From Dudresnaya verticillata (taxonomy: Eukaryota): 64,000 nt of DNA. Numbering within the stretch: the stretch's first letter is position 1; each line of letters begins with the position of its first letter. Positions 44,367 through 58,676 of the stretch are shown here, in pieces. The DNA lies in assembly GCA_977862235.1 (NCBI GenBank), contig OZ374562.1, forward strand, positions 992,001 through 1,056,000, in the 5' to 3' direction. The position numbers and the translations under genes were made by a program. The notes beneath the pieces were generated by a model. It saw only the letters and a program-made list of their open reading frames with translations, was not told where the DNA came from and searched no databases.

Positions 44367-47016
44367 CTACTCGCCCACGACGTTCAAGTAGATTTACGCT
44401 TGTATCATGGCCTCTAGACCACCAACGGTGAGTGGCCGAAGTTCAAGACGACCGTCATCGACGCCAGTAGGTATTCCCGCGTCGGAGCGATTGCACCCAC
44501 AGATGACAACACGATCGGGGCGCCTCGTGAGCCCGGAGATCGCGTCGGCCTTCCCAATGCCTCTCCAGGGCCACGGTCACGCAGGCTCCCACGCCTCGCA
44601 CAACGAGGGAGAGTTACTTCCCCCGCTGAAACGAATCCCTGTTGTCGTCCGCACCTCAGTAGAGGCACGCCGGTTCAAGAGTCGATAAATGAATCGACGA
44701 AAAATATAACCAAGAGGATGAAGGCTAATACTACCGGATTAAGGCTTAGGCAGACCAAGCAGCGTTGCAGCACTAAACCAGTTCCGCATAGAATGCGGAA
44801 GGTGACCTCAAGCGAAATTGTTCACAAATGTGTAAAACGCACGAAGAGCGGAACGTCCAGGCTGGAACGGACCTGGAATGTGCCCCAACTAATCGAAGAT
44901 GGGAAGAACGAAATCCATCAGGTCCGTGTGCAGTATTAATGGACATGGAAAGCAACGCCAGCAGAACTTCCGATTCCGTGAAAGTTTATGACGACGATAG
45001 AGGCGATTCAAAAGGACCATGAATTGGAGAGGGACGTGGAGGATGGCGTTCTTGTATTACGGGTAGTCATTGCGGGGAGGACGGAACTAAATTGGCAGTA
45101 CTGCGTAGGGCGGCAGTAGCTATTCCAACGACACCCTTAGACATGAGCTGCCTTCACCCACGAATTGCATCAGCAGTCGAATGATGTCCACGATTTGGCA
45201 AAGAAGGAAGAGCAGAAACAACTGTCTCCCAAAGAGAGTGCCGTTCCGCATTCAGTGCGAGACGAATACGTTCCCGTGGATGGCGGCTCAAGGCGGTGCG
45301 GCGCGAATGTCTGGACTCACCAAGTCCATTATGACGGACAACTAGTTTCACCAAAACGAGAATGTGGCAGAGGTGTTCTTCTTGTTCAGAAGCAGGTGCG
45401 GAGTTGTAGGATGAAAAGAGATAGTATTAGAGGGAATCCCACTCATCTCTCAAGTAATTCGGAATGAACTTTACATTTTAGGTAGCGCATGGAGACAGGG
45501 TATCGGGACGAGGACAAAGGAAACAGACGGAACTGAGCTCAAAAACCAACAGTAGGGAGAGAAGATGCGTGTGAAACAGAAGAGGCAAAAATTGAAAACA
45601 GTGGAGTCATTGCTGAGCAGTTTCCATCACGACGTCATGAGAAGCCGTCATAGTAGGACTTGAAACTGGAGCGACTGGCGCAGTGGGAGCTTGTCTCGGA
45701 GAGACTGGTATAGGTACAAAACTGTCTGCGTCCGGAATGGAGAGCTGGGGTTGAACCATTCAACGCTTTCCACCAACATCTGCATGTGAGGAAGGAGGCA
45801 GAGGAAGAGCGGAGGGATCTTTACCGTATCCAAGGTTCTCTAAACATGTGGCGAGAAGGTTGTAGTAAATATAAAAAGCAGTAGCGACGTATTTTTCAGG
45901 ATACCAGCCAATAGAATTGGACTCAAGTCGAAGAATCTCAGAGCGAAGGTGTCCAAATACGGTCATTATGGAATCAACGGCGGAAGGCGTAGAATGGAGG
46001 TCGATAATCTCGGGGAAGAAGAGGCGCGGCACAGCGAAGTTATCAGTGCGTATCAGAAGCCCTGAAAAGGATAGATATGCTGGTTGCAGAGGCTCCAAGT
46101 CACATTTGGCAGCCACAACATTGAACAGAGATGCATCGGTGAGACGCTAAATAGAGCACGGATTTGGAAATCCACCCTGATGAGCAGCGCGGCAAAACGC
46201 AGAAGGATTGGCAATAGCAGAAGTGTGATTGGTAGTCTCAATGCGAGCGAAGCGCTTCTCATCCCCAACGACAAGTCCGCGGTTAGTGCGTCTAACATTC
46301 CCGGCGAATGTGCTTGTCAATAAAGATCAGAACAATCTGCATGCTCGCGCAGGCCAATACGACGAAGAACGGGAAGGTGAGAAATGGGCTTGGGCTTTCT
46401 GGGAACAAGAGGAGCTGAAGATATGTTTCATCAGCGGAAGGGGAAGACGTAGGCAGAAATGGGGTAGGAATGGCTAACGGAGAATGAATGAGAGGTACAG
46501 AGGCTTTTTTGGAAGCCATCGCGTCCGTGTCTACAGCAGAGATATTCGGAAAGAGTTAGATTATAGATTGGAATTGGTGATTGTGGTTGGAAGGTGGGAA
46601 TGAGCGCCTTAACACGAGGGAGGTTAATAATTGATGCGAGGAGGTAGGATATATACTGGGAATTTCCAAGGTCAAGCCCTGGGTCCAATAGAGAAGCAGA
46701 CGCAGCCAAAAAGTCTAATGCAGTATGCGTAAGAGCAACGAAAGCATCTTGTTGGGTATATTTGCGGATATTTTTTGGGAACGCTTCGGAATAGTTGTGG
46801 AAGGCATTTGGCAAGACGAAGCGATGCTGTGTTACTCGGGAGATTTAGAAGAGCCGTAGTGGAAGTTAAATACCAGCGCAAGGCGAAAGGAGAAAGAAAG
46901 ACAGAGAAGAAGAAAGTGAAACGAAGTGCAAGAAGCCCCCCACGGCGCACGGGCCTTAGGGAGCACGACACCGTACAGTAAATGCGGCACAAACGTGCCC
47001 GGGGAAAGTCTAGCGA

Positions 47017-50000
47017 TTAGCATGGGAAATGGGGTGAACTGAAACCAAATGAAGTGAAAAGAGAAGCAGAACCATTATCAGTCTCAATGATTAAGCATAG
47101 GACGTAGAGATCGGGTTCCCATGGTGTAAAGCTGTACGTGGGCAGACGGGAGAAGGCGTCCGCTGTCTGGTTCGTTTTTACTTTGCGGTACTGAACCATG
47201 AAATTGTACGCCAGAAGGCGCAATCGCCAACGGTTCAATCGTCCGGAAGCATCGGTCGTGCTCATCATACATATAAACGCTTGATAATCAGCATATAGGT
47301 CAAAATGGGACCCTTCTAGGTAGGTCCTGAACCATTTTGCGGCCCAAACAACTGCTAGGTACTCATTTTCGCCTACAGAGTAATTCCTCTCTGCCATCGT
47401 CAATCTTCGGGTCCAGAAACCTATCGGATACCGAGTCCCGTCTTCTCCGCCTTGCATTAATGCGCAACTAATTTGGTAGACGTATTCGTCGGTATCCCCA
47501 GGTAGGAGATTACCCTCTGGCGTAAGCCTTAGACTAGGCGGCACTTTGAGCGCTTTCTTCAATAATTCAAACACCTTGGGTTGATGCTCGTTGAACTGGG
47601 GGAGGTCAAACTTCCCTTCTTTCTGGAGGAGCTCGTTGAGCGGCCCTGCCACACGAGCGAAAATAGGCACGAATCGTCTGCAAAGGTTGCAGAAACCAAT
47701 AAAATACTGTACTTGGGTCTGGGTTGTTGTTTCCTTTAAGCCTTCGATGGCTTGAGTATTCTTAGTCTCCACTTCCAGTGGACCTGGACGAATGACGTCG
47801 CCAAGGTCATCGACCGTTCTTGTGAAGAGGTTAACCTTCTTACGTTTCAAGGAAAACCAGGCTTCCTGTAGTATAGAGAGAATATCTTTCCCGTGCGTTA
47901 GGTGTTCTTACACTATTGCCGACAACCCGATGATATTGTCGAGATACACGAGAGATTATCTGCATCGAAATCCTGAGAGGAGGATGTCGACCGTTCGTTG
48001 AAAGCTGGCTGGCGCGTTACTTAGCCCACAGGGCATTCTGAAAAATTGAAAGCAGCCTGCATGGCAGGTGAAAGTCATTTTGTGTTTATCCCCTTGGAAA
48101 ACCGTAATCTTTCACTATACAGCGTTACAATCCAAGTGTTGGCCCTTGTCAAGGGATTCTAATCACTCGTCGATACGTTGTAGAGGATACGTATCCTTGA
48201 CGGTGATAACATTGAGGTTGCGATATTTAACGCAGAATTTTCGTGCCCCAACGGGTTTCTTAACCAAGATGATGGGGTTCGCGAACTCAGAGCGTCCAGG
48301 GTCTATAACGCCTTTTTTGAGCATCTTCTCGACCTCTTCCAGCTACTTTTGACGAGCCTTAGGGCCCGACCGGTACGGTTGAGCAAACAAATGTTTCGAA
48401 CCTTCTTGAAGCTCAATACAGTAATTGTGTTTGGTGACCTTGATGGTTCCAAGCTGTCCGTTACACATGTGGGCGAATGGTCTCAGCATTTTGCGCACGC
48501 GGCACTGATTCGAAGTGGAGAGGTGGTCCAGCGCCAGATAATCAACCGTCATAGCTGACGATAAAGTCGTGATTTTAATACCAGGCTTAGAGTCTATATC
48601 CGTCTCGAGAGCAGCAACAAGCCTTGTCCCTTACATCCGAGACTGTTTTGGAAGAGGGAAGCGAGAAACTGTCAGGAACATTGTCCTTGGTGGAGGCAGT
48701 GTATACCGGTGTCTTTTTGGGCGCCGGTACAGTGCCGAGGATTTTTTCTTGGATAATTGCTGAGGACGCGAAGAAGAGTTCGCTACCTTGACATGAAAGA
48801 GCCGATTCTCTTGAATGTCGACAATACCATTTGTCTCAACGACTTGAAGACGCTGGTACAGGCCGAGATGGACTCCAGGAAATGCGTTCCTTTAGCAGAA
48901 CAATTCACGGGAACCCATGAACCACTGTCTAGTGGTAAATTAGAAGTTTGTGCGAATCGGATGAGTCGTGAGTAAGGTAAAGGGGTAACCTCCCTCGGAT
49001 CTTCCGAGCGGCTCTCAAGGGGTATACCGCATCGGCGTCTTAGGATAGGGTGTATTGAACCGCCTTGGAGAACCAGGTTCGGTTGTCGAACGCGCAACCC
49101 TGCGACGTGGGTTTCGATAAACGAGAAACTCAAAATGGCTGCCACTGCCAATACCCTTACGACAACAAACGTTTGTCGAAAAGTGTAGAAACCGATCCTG
49201 ACGACCAGTGAGATTGTTATCAAGGTAGGTAGTCGATGACTTGACGCTGAGGTCAAGTTGGTGATCGACTGTGATCTATAAATCCGTGTCTTGTCTTGCG
49301 GCGAAAGAACGTCTGAGCGGGTTAGATTAGGGCCTTCCCCTATATCCAATACGGAGAGCACACTAGTAAGGTCGGCAATAAAAACCTTTATGGACTCAGC
49401 TAGTTTATAATTGTAGCTCGGCAAGGAGGAAACGGGATCCTTATTATACCCGTGATATTTCCACCCGGGCGGTAATTCCGTGGGACCAGTTGGGATCATC
49501 TTAGGAAGAGAAGTGAAAGACTCACCTACAAACGGTTGACCCGTTCAGGACAAGCTGTCGGCGCTATAACTTGAGAAGCTGGACTCAGCGAATCCATCTG
49601 GGGTTCCAGTGTCGCCTGAGAGATATGGTGTACCGAAACCGGTTCCCCATCTAGTTTCTTACCTTGATTGCTGTCGATCGCGGTAGTGGTGGAGGTGGTG
49701 CGAAGGGACTTGACCCTTGCCTTGGTGGCCTTTCCGTTTGCCTTGGGGAGCCAATGGAGTGGTTCAGGTGAGGTTGAATTGAACCTGTCGATTCCGAACG
49801 ACTTGTTCCCAAACTTTGACGGTGACCCATCGGCTGCCCAATTGGAAGTCCGGCCCGTGCTCTCTCGTTGGCGACGTCCGACAGTTGGCCAACGGTTTCC
49901 TACCAAGCTTTTTGCTTGTGCGATAGTTGATAAAACTGTATTCTTTTCAAATTCTCAAAAGACTGCTCATCTCTACGAGCTAAGTGGAGACAGTTAGGCT

Positions 50001-52814
50001 TTTTTGTGGTCAATGCCATAGAATTCGAGGCAGATATCATTGAGTTGGTCTTCGACCGTCGCGCATGCAGGGAGTTGCGTCCTTGTTGGCTGCACACAGG
50101 CTAGGAGCCTATGATTGTATTTATGCATCACCGCTTGCACCTCACCGTAATACTGTTGGGTGCAGGAATATTGACCAGTAGAACGCGACTCTGATTGGGT
50201 CGCCGTTGATGGTGGCGCTTCATTATCAATCACAGCCACGACCCCGTCTTCATTTTCCGCTTTAAAGCCACTTATCTTTGATGTTTCCGAATCCGACGCA
50301 GAGGGGCCAGTTATCTGACGAGTGAGGAGGTCCCGACCTGATTTGTGGGTGCGGGGCTTCTTGAGCGTCTTCCTCGGCAGCATCCTATTCGCTGTTGGCG
50401 TTCTTCCGCCGTCCGATCGGAAAATTCCTGTGCTGTAGCCAGCTCGACGTAATCCACCAATCTGACCGTGCTTGGGTCCTAAGAGGAAGTTGTTAAAAGC
50501 GACTGCACCGCTGGTAGAAACACACGAATAACTCAGGTTATTAACTCCTGCTCTGTTCAGACGCCAGCGATGCGTCGCGCCTTGTCCTGCAACCTCCGCG
50601 AGAAGCACAATTCGTCTTCATCTGGCTCCTGTGCCATTGTTTCCATCTCATATTCAATCATCTCAATAGAAATGTCCTTGACGTAAGTACCAAGAAGACA
50701 GTTGACGGCTTCGGGCCATTCGGTGAAACCATCATTATCGTCACCCGCAGCGCCAAGATTTGTTCCAAACTTTTCTTTTCCATCCTTCTCCAGAAATTCG
50801 GGGATGAACAGGATAGCGATACCTTCGCTGATATGGGCTTGGTCGAGCTGCCTCTTCAGCGTGGCCAAGAAGCCGATAATTGAAAATGGGTAACTGCTGT
50901 CAAAACGACGACTCCGCATTACAGATTTGACGCGTTTGATCTTCTTCGCGATAGACACGGTCACTTCGGGTCCATGGTAATAACCCAGGTTCAAAACACT
51001 ATACCATCTACACGAACGTACCTGCATGAAGACGGAATTTCGAGGATTCATCTCCCTGGTACCGCAGGGTTGGGGTCCCTTCCAAGAAGACCAGGAGGGT
51101 CTGGAGTGAGACCTGAGCCTTGTTCTTCCTCATCGGATCGACCTGCAATAGCGTGTGACCCTGAACAGTGATTCTATTCGTGACGGTGACTTGAGTGTCG
51201 TTCACGACGAGAGTCTACTTGGCCGCGCTATGCAGAAGAACCTATTGGTCTGGTGCACCTGCAACTGCGTTGGCTCAGGCAATCAGGCAACGTGCCTCGT
51301 CTCCTCCTCCTTGGTACGCATTGTCCAACCCCCTCTGTCTTAACATCCTATGCCTGTTATGTGTGCGCCGAAGCACTGGAGAGCGGGGCCTCATAATATC
51401 AGGGACGACCTCCATCTCGAGATTCAGTGGCCGCATCTGTGCGTCAAGAATAGTGACTCGACGAGTGTACTCATCGCCTTCCTTCTGTAGAAGCTCGATG
51501 GCTCTGCCTTGTTCAACGCATCGCGCGTTGTCTACGCTCAATTGAACGTGTGAAATAGCCATTGCGGCTTCGGTTCTTCGAAGGGCAGCAGCCTTCGTGA
51601 CTGCATCTAATTCATGGTGGACCGATTCCGGTTGGCCTCAATGAATCCTCTTGGGGTTCCAGGGTCTCGAGATTTTTTCTTCTAAACATCTTTAGGGGTG
51701 CGGTCGGCATCGAGAATATACTTCTTCTTGGCACTTAGAGATTAGGCGGGCGTCCCGGGGGGCTACATCATCGTCAAAATAACGCTTTTCCCTTGTGAGG
51801 AGTTCATCAGCCTGAACTTTAAGCAGCAACAAGACGCTCTTTCCGAGAGCAAGAGCAACCATGGGGCCAATTTCGCGCCCTGTGAAGCACCGTTGGTCGG
51901 TTCAGTTTGCCTTCGTTCTCATCGGCATCCCGATACCAGGGGCAAAGATGGCCTCGTTTCATCCTCTAAGGCCTGTGAGCCTGTGCCCAGCTGGCTGGGA
52001 TGACTTATCGGCGGCGGCAACAGACTAGGGTCCGGACCCTCATTCGCACCGATATCAGCGGTGCTTGCGGCTGCAGTCCGTGCCGTGTTTTCTCGTTCAG
52101 GGATCTGTCCCATTCCTTGGGCAGATGGTTCCTCATCTCCTGGTACTCCCGCCATTCTGGGCGGGCATTCCACTTCTACTGCTATAGGACTTAGAGCTAG
52201 AGCGGCGGTTACAGTACGAGTTCTTCCTCCCGTGGTCCTCACGGAGCATGAGCTGCTGGTACGGCTACTGTCTCGATTCGAAGCTTGGCTGGGTGCTCTC
52301 ATCGATAGATATCGGCATCTTATAATCGAGGTCGTTATCGTTGACCTGAAACGTAGGATTCGGTCCTGTGGTTGCACTTATCGGGGGACCTCTCCCAGGA
52401 TGGCAATCCTCCCGGAACCGTTGTTCTCGGGGTCCCGGGCGATTCCACCGTGCGCGCCAGCACAGCCCGTATAAAGACGTATTTTTGTTGAAAGGTGCCA
52501 CGATAACCTTAGGAAGCGTTGCATGACGGGGCGTCACTCCTCGGCCAGGATCTTGTTCCTTGGATACTTCTAAAACCCGCCGCAGCTGTGGGATGCCTGT
52601 TCCAGATTTGACGCCACTCGGAGACTTGAAATGAAGCTAAGAAGCAGACGTCACACTGAAGACTAGGGGTTCACCCTCAGGTAGTTAAAATGAAATGAAA
52701 TATCTGAAATATTGCACGGGGAACTTTCGTCTCGTGGAAACCCTCAGAATGACCTCTTGAAAGTGAGGTAGTAAAAGGACCGAGCCTGAAAACGATTCTA
52801 GGTCGGGAGACCAC
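47017..52814 (-). mobile_element. Decayed Ty3/Gypsy internal region (gag, PR, RT, RNase H; truncated before integrase)
   Basis: gag fragment RRFDSSYPFSIIGFL...WPEAVNCLL; protease DIGEGPNL; QPYRSGP; RNase H YQISCALMQ...YPIGFW..ERNYS, GRLNRWRLRL; many stops and frameshifts. Confidence 0.9.
52796..52813 (-). other. Primer-binding site of the minus-strand Gypsy
   Basis: Minus strand TGGTCTCCCGACCTAGAA, identical to 18162-18179, 1 nt from LTR end ...ACTACA. Confidence 0.85.
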
Positions 52815-53200
52815 TGTAGTAGAAGGATATCGGGTCAGGTAGAATGGGGAACACACCCAGGACACCTGTCCATAGGTCATTACTGGCTTTGGAAAAGGGG
52901 GAAGTTGGTAGAGACTTGCGACGGGGAGGCAAGGAGGCCTGGGGATAGGGAAAGGTAAGGGACGGCGACGCCCTGTCTGTGCAGAGCGACCGTCGTGCTG
53001 GAGCAAGGCTCTTAAAGCGCCCGAAAGGGAGGAGGTACGGCGAGTCCGTGAATTGCAGAAAATGGGAAAAAGACCCAAACCCACCGTGGGTTCTATTCAG
53101 GAGGCCCCTGCTACCCAGGGGGCTATAATATACGGCAGAGCTGGAAAACGGTCTTACCTCCTATTCTCTATTCTAAGCTATTCTAGCGGTAAGTATGACA
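52815..53200 (-). repeat. 5' LTR (U5 end) of the minus-strand Gypsy; far boundary not resolved
   Basis: Ends in CA next to the PBS; pyrimidine-rich tract like the other LTRs. Confidence 0.55.
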
Positions 53201-55236
53201 AGAACTAACGATTGTCAGTTACAGTACAAGCTAATGGTCCTATGGCCCACCCGCGCGCGTACGCGCTTCTGGGCTGCGTGAGCGGACACGATAAATTGCC
53301 CAATGGCGAATTGCCATGAAAATGATCCCAGCAGTGACGCCAGCAATGCGCATTGTCCTTACAGCGCTCGGCGATTGTGCGCGCCATACAGCATGATACG
53401 CGCGCGTATCTTTCAACTGGATACGCGTGCAAGTCTTACAGTGCTCCGGTGCTTCGCTGCAGCTCATTTTTCCAAATTTCGCAAAGCCAGCAAATGCAAC
53501 GGCGAGAAATGACATTCATGACTTCGGAAGGGCAGGAAATGGAACGATTATAGTGCATTTCCTCACTTCGCAAAGCCAGCTAATATGGCGGCGACAATAT
53601 TACTTGCTGTCTCCGAAGGTCAGAAATTGATTTGCACAGCACAAATCAAGTTCTGACGTTTAATGTAGGAAATAGTGGCATTTTTCGACTCAATTTATGG
53701 CTTCAGAAGAGAGAACATCAATTCTTTGCGCAAACGCAAATATGTACTTTTCGTCCTCAGGATTTTATGCCTTTCAAAGTCCGATTTTTGTGCCTTTCAC
53801 AGCCCCGTTTTACTGATGGTGAAGGTAGCATTTTGGGCACCAATTGTCCCAACGGTGACTTTAGCAGAATGGGTTCAGCTCAGCTCAGGCTCAGGAAGAA
53901 CAGAACAGAAAAAGGACTTCAGTCCAGATCCAGTGCTCAAGGGTAGCTCGGGGGAGCGCTAGAGGCTTGAGGGAACGGCACTAGGCCAGGGAAAAGGGAA
54001 CAAAAAGGGAGGACGCGACTCATTAGTCCACAGGGAACTTGCCTTACAACTATTAGCCTGTAATGAGCGTCTGTAAAGGGGAACGGGAAGAGCCCCAAGC
54101 CAGAAAACGGTCAAGACCGAGAAACGCCGTGTAGAGGCCAATCAGGGATGCCTTGCTTTTCAGAGGACTAATAAAGAGGGCTTTTTTCCGAGATAACTCT
54201 AGATGCTACTGTACACTGTACAGTAATTACCGAAAGCAATGGGCGGCGGATATATGCCTATGTGGCGTCGTAAATCGGGAATTATACCCGTCGCCGCACC
54301 AATGATAGTGCATTCGTCATGCGCGGGAGGCGCAAACTTAACCGTCGTGGGCCGATCAGGAACTTCATCCTGGCAAATGAGGTTAGGGACTTACAGAGCG
54401 AGCCCTGTTAACGAGTAAAGGGAATCATACCAACTTGACCTAAATCGCCATTGTGCCACAATGAACTGATTGTGGTACAACGGGCGACGAGACCCTATCA
54501 GAAGACAATATAATGGTAATTATGTCTCTTGCGCATTTCTTCGAATCATGGACCAGAATCCAAGTTTTCATCCTTGCCACTGCAGTCCACGAGTTGGCCA
54601 GCGCCGAGTGCGAGGGTCAATCTCACCCCGGCTGCGTGGCCTGCAGGGAACTAAACTAACTACTACCTAAAACCGAGAGGGTGATGGGTTGGGTGGTGGT
54701 CGGTAAAGACAAAGTCTCAGAGCTGGCCCTTGCTGGCACTGCGCCGCAGAGGGCTTCGCATTCTTAAGCAAGCGGAACGCTCCGCGCGGCCGTCACCAGC
54801 AATAAAGATTGCCGTCGGGCCAGCGGTCACCGCACGAGGTTGAACCTTCCACGAATTTCTCCGATGCGATTCCCTGCTCCTTTGTCACACCCAAGTACAG
54901 AAAAAAGTTCTGTCGGATAACCATTCCTGGAAGGCCTTAACCCCATGTATGCCCGCAGGTGATATGGCCATACGCCATTGGAGGATTAATTGCACACGCG
55001 CATCGCGCTCTGAGTGGCTGCGCCACGCAATATTTTTTGCGGATATTGCGGCGCGCGGCGTCGTACAGTGACAACGTACGTGCACTGGTCGCACTGCCAC
55101 TCGTACCTATCTTATTCTGTATTGTAACTATTAGTGAATATTATTAGCTAAATGAGTAGCATTATAGCTCTAATTGAACGGCTAGTACTTTTCCGGTTCC
55201 CGCCGTATTTATTAGGCTCCGGAGTAGCAGGGGGTA

Positions 55237-57963
55237 CCTTCCAGAAAAGGGAAAATCTGGACAGATACCATGAAATAAAAAATATATATGAAGGCGTTCT
55301 CGCTTGGCAAAACGGACCCCACCAGCTGATTCAGCTTCGAAAATAGACTACAGTATGAGCCAATCAACGCAGAATGACAACGGATCCCCGCCAATCATTT
55401 ATGATCCCTACTCATGACTGCTTACGGCCGCGGGAGCCGCGCCGGGCAATTCTGGACAAAAGGAGCCATGCTCGAGAACAGAATCGAGCAGCTCCCAGAC
55501 CATCCCACAGCAGAACAAAAATGAAGCGAGTCGTGGCCTGCTCCTTTTCCGGAATGCCGCCACCTGCTGCCCGCCCGACTCCCTTCGCCCAAGACCAGGG
55601 GTGGTGTCCCATGCCCGTCACGCCAAGCGCGCCCACAACTGGACGTCTTTGGTTTTCGTCTCCCGTGCTTGACGGGAAATTCGCGCGTTTATGCGAGCTT
55701 TCGAGAGCTCTTCTAACATTCTTACGCGTTTTGCTTCCCTCTCTGCAACTTGCGAAAATCTTCGCCTTTTCGCACTGTCACGCTGCACTTGGCGATGGGC
55801 TTTCGACGCAGCCCTATCCTTGGAATCGCTAAGAAGCTTTTGAACGCGCAGTACACGTGCCTTGTCGCGCATAACCTTGCGCTCAGCAACTGCCTTCGCC
55901 ATGTCCAAACGCTTTTTGGCTTTCAACTCCTGGGCTTGTAGCTTTACAACGGCGCTCTCTTTGGTATTTGCCTCCTTCTCTTGACGACGCTGGAGTACTT
56001 TGCCCATCATTACGCATTCTGCCGGCGCATCGCAGTCTAGTGCAAGCCTTTTGCGTCCCGAAGCCGTGAGCTGGTTGCTCCACGGGGCTTTGGTAGGTCT
56101 AGAACCTTGAAACAAAATTTAGTTGACAGTTTACGAGCGCCGTAAGAGTAGCTGGAGTTTTTGTAAAGCCTCAGAGCGTCCTATAGTTCCTTCACGCGAC
56201 CCAAACGGCGTCGCAGATTTTACTATCTTCAACGCTTCACTAAATGTCTCCGTGTCTATTTGCCACATTCGTACAGATGGTAGGCGTGATGCAACACCTG
56301 CATCTGCTAACCGCAATCTCTCACGTTCAGCTGCGGCGTTTATCCAACTCCTTTCCACGTTTAAAACGGAGGGGGAAGTTGGGATCAAAAGGGAAAATAC
56401 CGGTTGTCTTGAATGAAGATTTGATGTCTTCAATAGTTATGCATTCAAAAGCGTGAACGCCACAGGCAACATTGAAGGCCACTTGTTTTGTGTCCATTGT
56501 AGAAAACTTACAGAAGGAGTCTCTTAGCGTCTTCAAATATCTCTTAAAGTTCTTGTTCACATTTTGGTCGCTTGGTTGCAAAATATGAGACGTGTTCGCA
56601 GCGGACACAACTGCCTCACAGTTATTCGCCTTACATTCCTCAATCCACTCGGTTCCCCTTCTTGAGCTATGGCCGTCCAAAACAAGCACGTAATGGATGT
56701 CGGAAGGCACCACTTTTCTAACAAAAGTGTTAATGTGCTTCATTAGTGCGGTTAAAACGCCCATCTCCATGGACCCGTTCGGCCTAACCTTGATAACGCC
56801 ATCTTCAGGGAACCACCCTTCAAAGAAAAAACGCTTACAAAACGTTTGTATATGTTCACTTTTGGAGTCTCGAGGTCCCACAAGTGGATCTGCCCAGGCC
56901 TTCATTACTCGTTTTCCGGAAACGATAAAGAAAGGCGGAGTTTTGCGCCCTGGACCACGACTGCAGTAGTATGCTAGCTAGGGGCGTGCATGCTTGATGA
57001 AGCTGAAAACGCTTTATGATGCCCTGTACAACTGCAGAACGCTTTTCGCACCTTTCCAAGCGTAGCATCTACTGCTGTCTCATCTACATTCCAAATTCGT
57101 TCACCGTCTGCAAGCATTCCTGGATGCTCTTTTTCTACAGATAGCAGTGCTGTGAAAAGTGTTCGGACATGCGCACTATTCTCAGCACGGAGCTTGGCCA
57201 GCTCTTTGTCTTCTGCTTTCCGGTACGTGATCTCCCGATGCCGAGCTCTGAATTCTCTTACTGTACCATTGCAAGGGACACCATTGAGCCATCCGGGTCT
57301 GCCATATGCGGCAATGCGCGCCATTACGTGCTTGATACTTTCCAGATCAATTGGAAAACCTCGGTCGGCTGCCACGATAATGCGGCGGACTATCAGCGAC
57401 TCTTCTTCACTGGATAGCACCGTGTTTCGTCCGCCGCCTTGCGCAGCGATTAGCATGCTAATCTTGGGTTTGTCGCCGAGACGAAGCAACTCTTTTTTTA
57501 GCTCTCAAACAGTGCTTTTTGGCACTCCAGTAGCTGCCGAAAGTTTACGAAGAGAGAGACTTGTCGTTTGTAGAAGGTCTAATGCCATTTTTCGTACCTT
57601 GCTTCGCTTTTGGGCAGCTTCTGTAGCCTTTTGTGCTTCATGGCTTGCCTGCGCATTGAATGTGCCATCTTGATGTCGACAAGAGGCTTGTTGGGTGTAG
57701 GAAATGCGAAGGAAGCGGCGTTTCGGTTAATGTCTGCGGTCAAGGAGCGTGTGGGACTTTGGCCTTGCCTGCGGCTAGATCGAAACTGTTACGGTTATCG
57801 TTTGCCGCCAGTTCCTGCGCGTCCCTGCGAGTTGGTTTCTGACGCATGGCAGCCCTCCATTGGCTACCATTCTGTCCTCGGGGGGCTGTATGGAACGCTA
57901 CGGCTAGTGTGCCCGCTTTGTCCGAAATTATCCCCATGCCCAAGATTTCCCTTTTCTGGAAGG
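55237..57963 (-). mobile_element. Fot1/pogo-like Tc1-mariner DNA transposon, 2.73 kb
   Basis: TIRs CCTTCCAGAAAAGGGAAA(A)TCT at both ends, TA on both sides. Confidence 0.92.
55618..57670 (-). pseudogene. DD35D transposase (HTH, CENP-B-type HTH, DDE_1, charged tail), disrupted
   Basis: LSLRKLSAATGVPKSTV; GRNTVLSSEEE; IWNVDET; VLVLDGHSSR followed 35 residues later by the D of SHILQPSD; stops and frameshifts near 57505, 56974 and 56330. Confidence 0.9.
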
Positions 57964-58676
57964 TAGCACTAAACGGGCAGTTCTGTGTGCATTGGTATTT
58001 TCCCGTTTCTGGACTTCCTACGACGACACCGTTACAAGTACCCTTTAGCGTCCACAAGCCGTGCTACTTCCGATGACGGCTCTAGGCAGTACGGTACGCC
58101 TTCCTTTTCCCTTTGTTTCAGGGCTTTGAGCCCTCTGAAGTCTCCATCATCCCTTTAACAGAGCTACCATCCATGCGAGTGGGATATTTCTTTTAAGAAA
58201 GCTGTTGTGCTGTGTGCCCGTCAACTCTGGCTTGAAAGCAATTTCATTACACTGTCTGGACTGACGTTAGTCGACTCGTCCAACCGCTCTATGCGGGCTA
58301 TCGTATACGGGAAGTTATTTGTACCTTGTCAGATGAATGGCCGCTCATACCTGACCATTCAAAGGTCCCACTCTCCAATGTGATGGATCTCATGCAGAAT
58401 TTCTGAAATCATCTTCCAAGACAACGTATTGCTCCAAGCAATCTTTTGCCTGAAGATCACATAGGCAAGAGCCTATTCGAGGGAACAGGACTTGCCATGG
58501 AAAGGTACGAACCGGATGGTACCAGTTAAGATACCCACTTCGCTACGTATGAGGCTGTTCCACACCTGGCTCTGAGATGTCCTGCCCCCAATTCGGCAGA
58601 CCTCCTACTGACCAAGAACTGAGAGTGGACTATCACTTCAGGACATTTTTAGTGCTATGTTTGTTGTCTTCTTGGC

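Noticed and set aside
53222..55236. TA|CAGT starts near 53222 and 54221 as MITE ends
   Set aside because: No matching opposite inverted repeat found.
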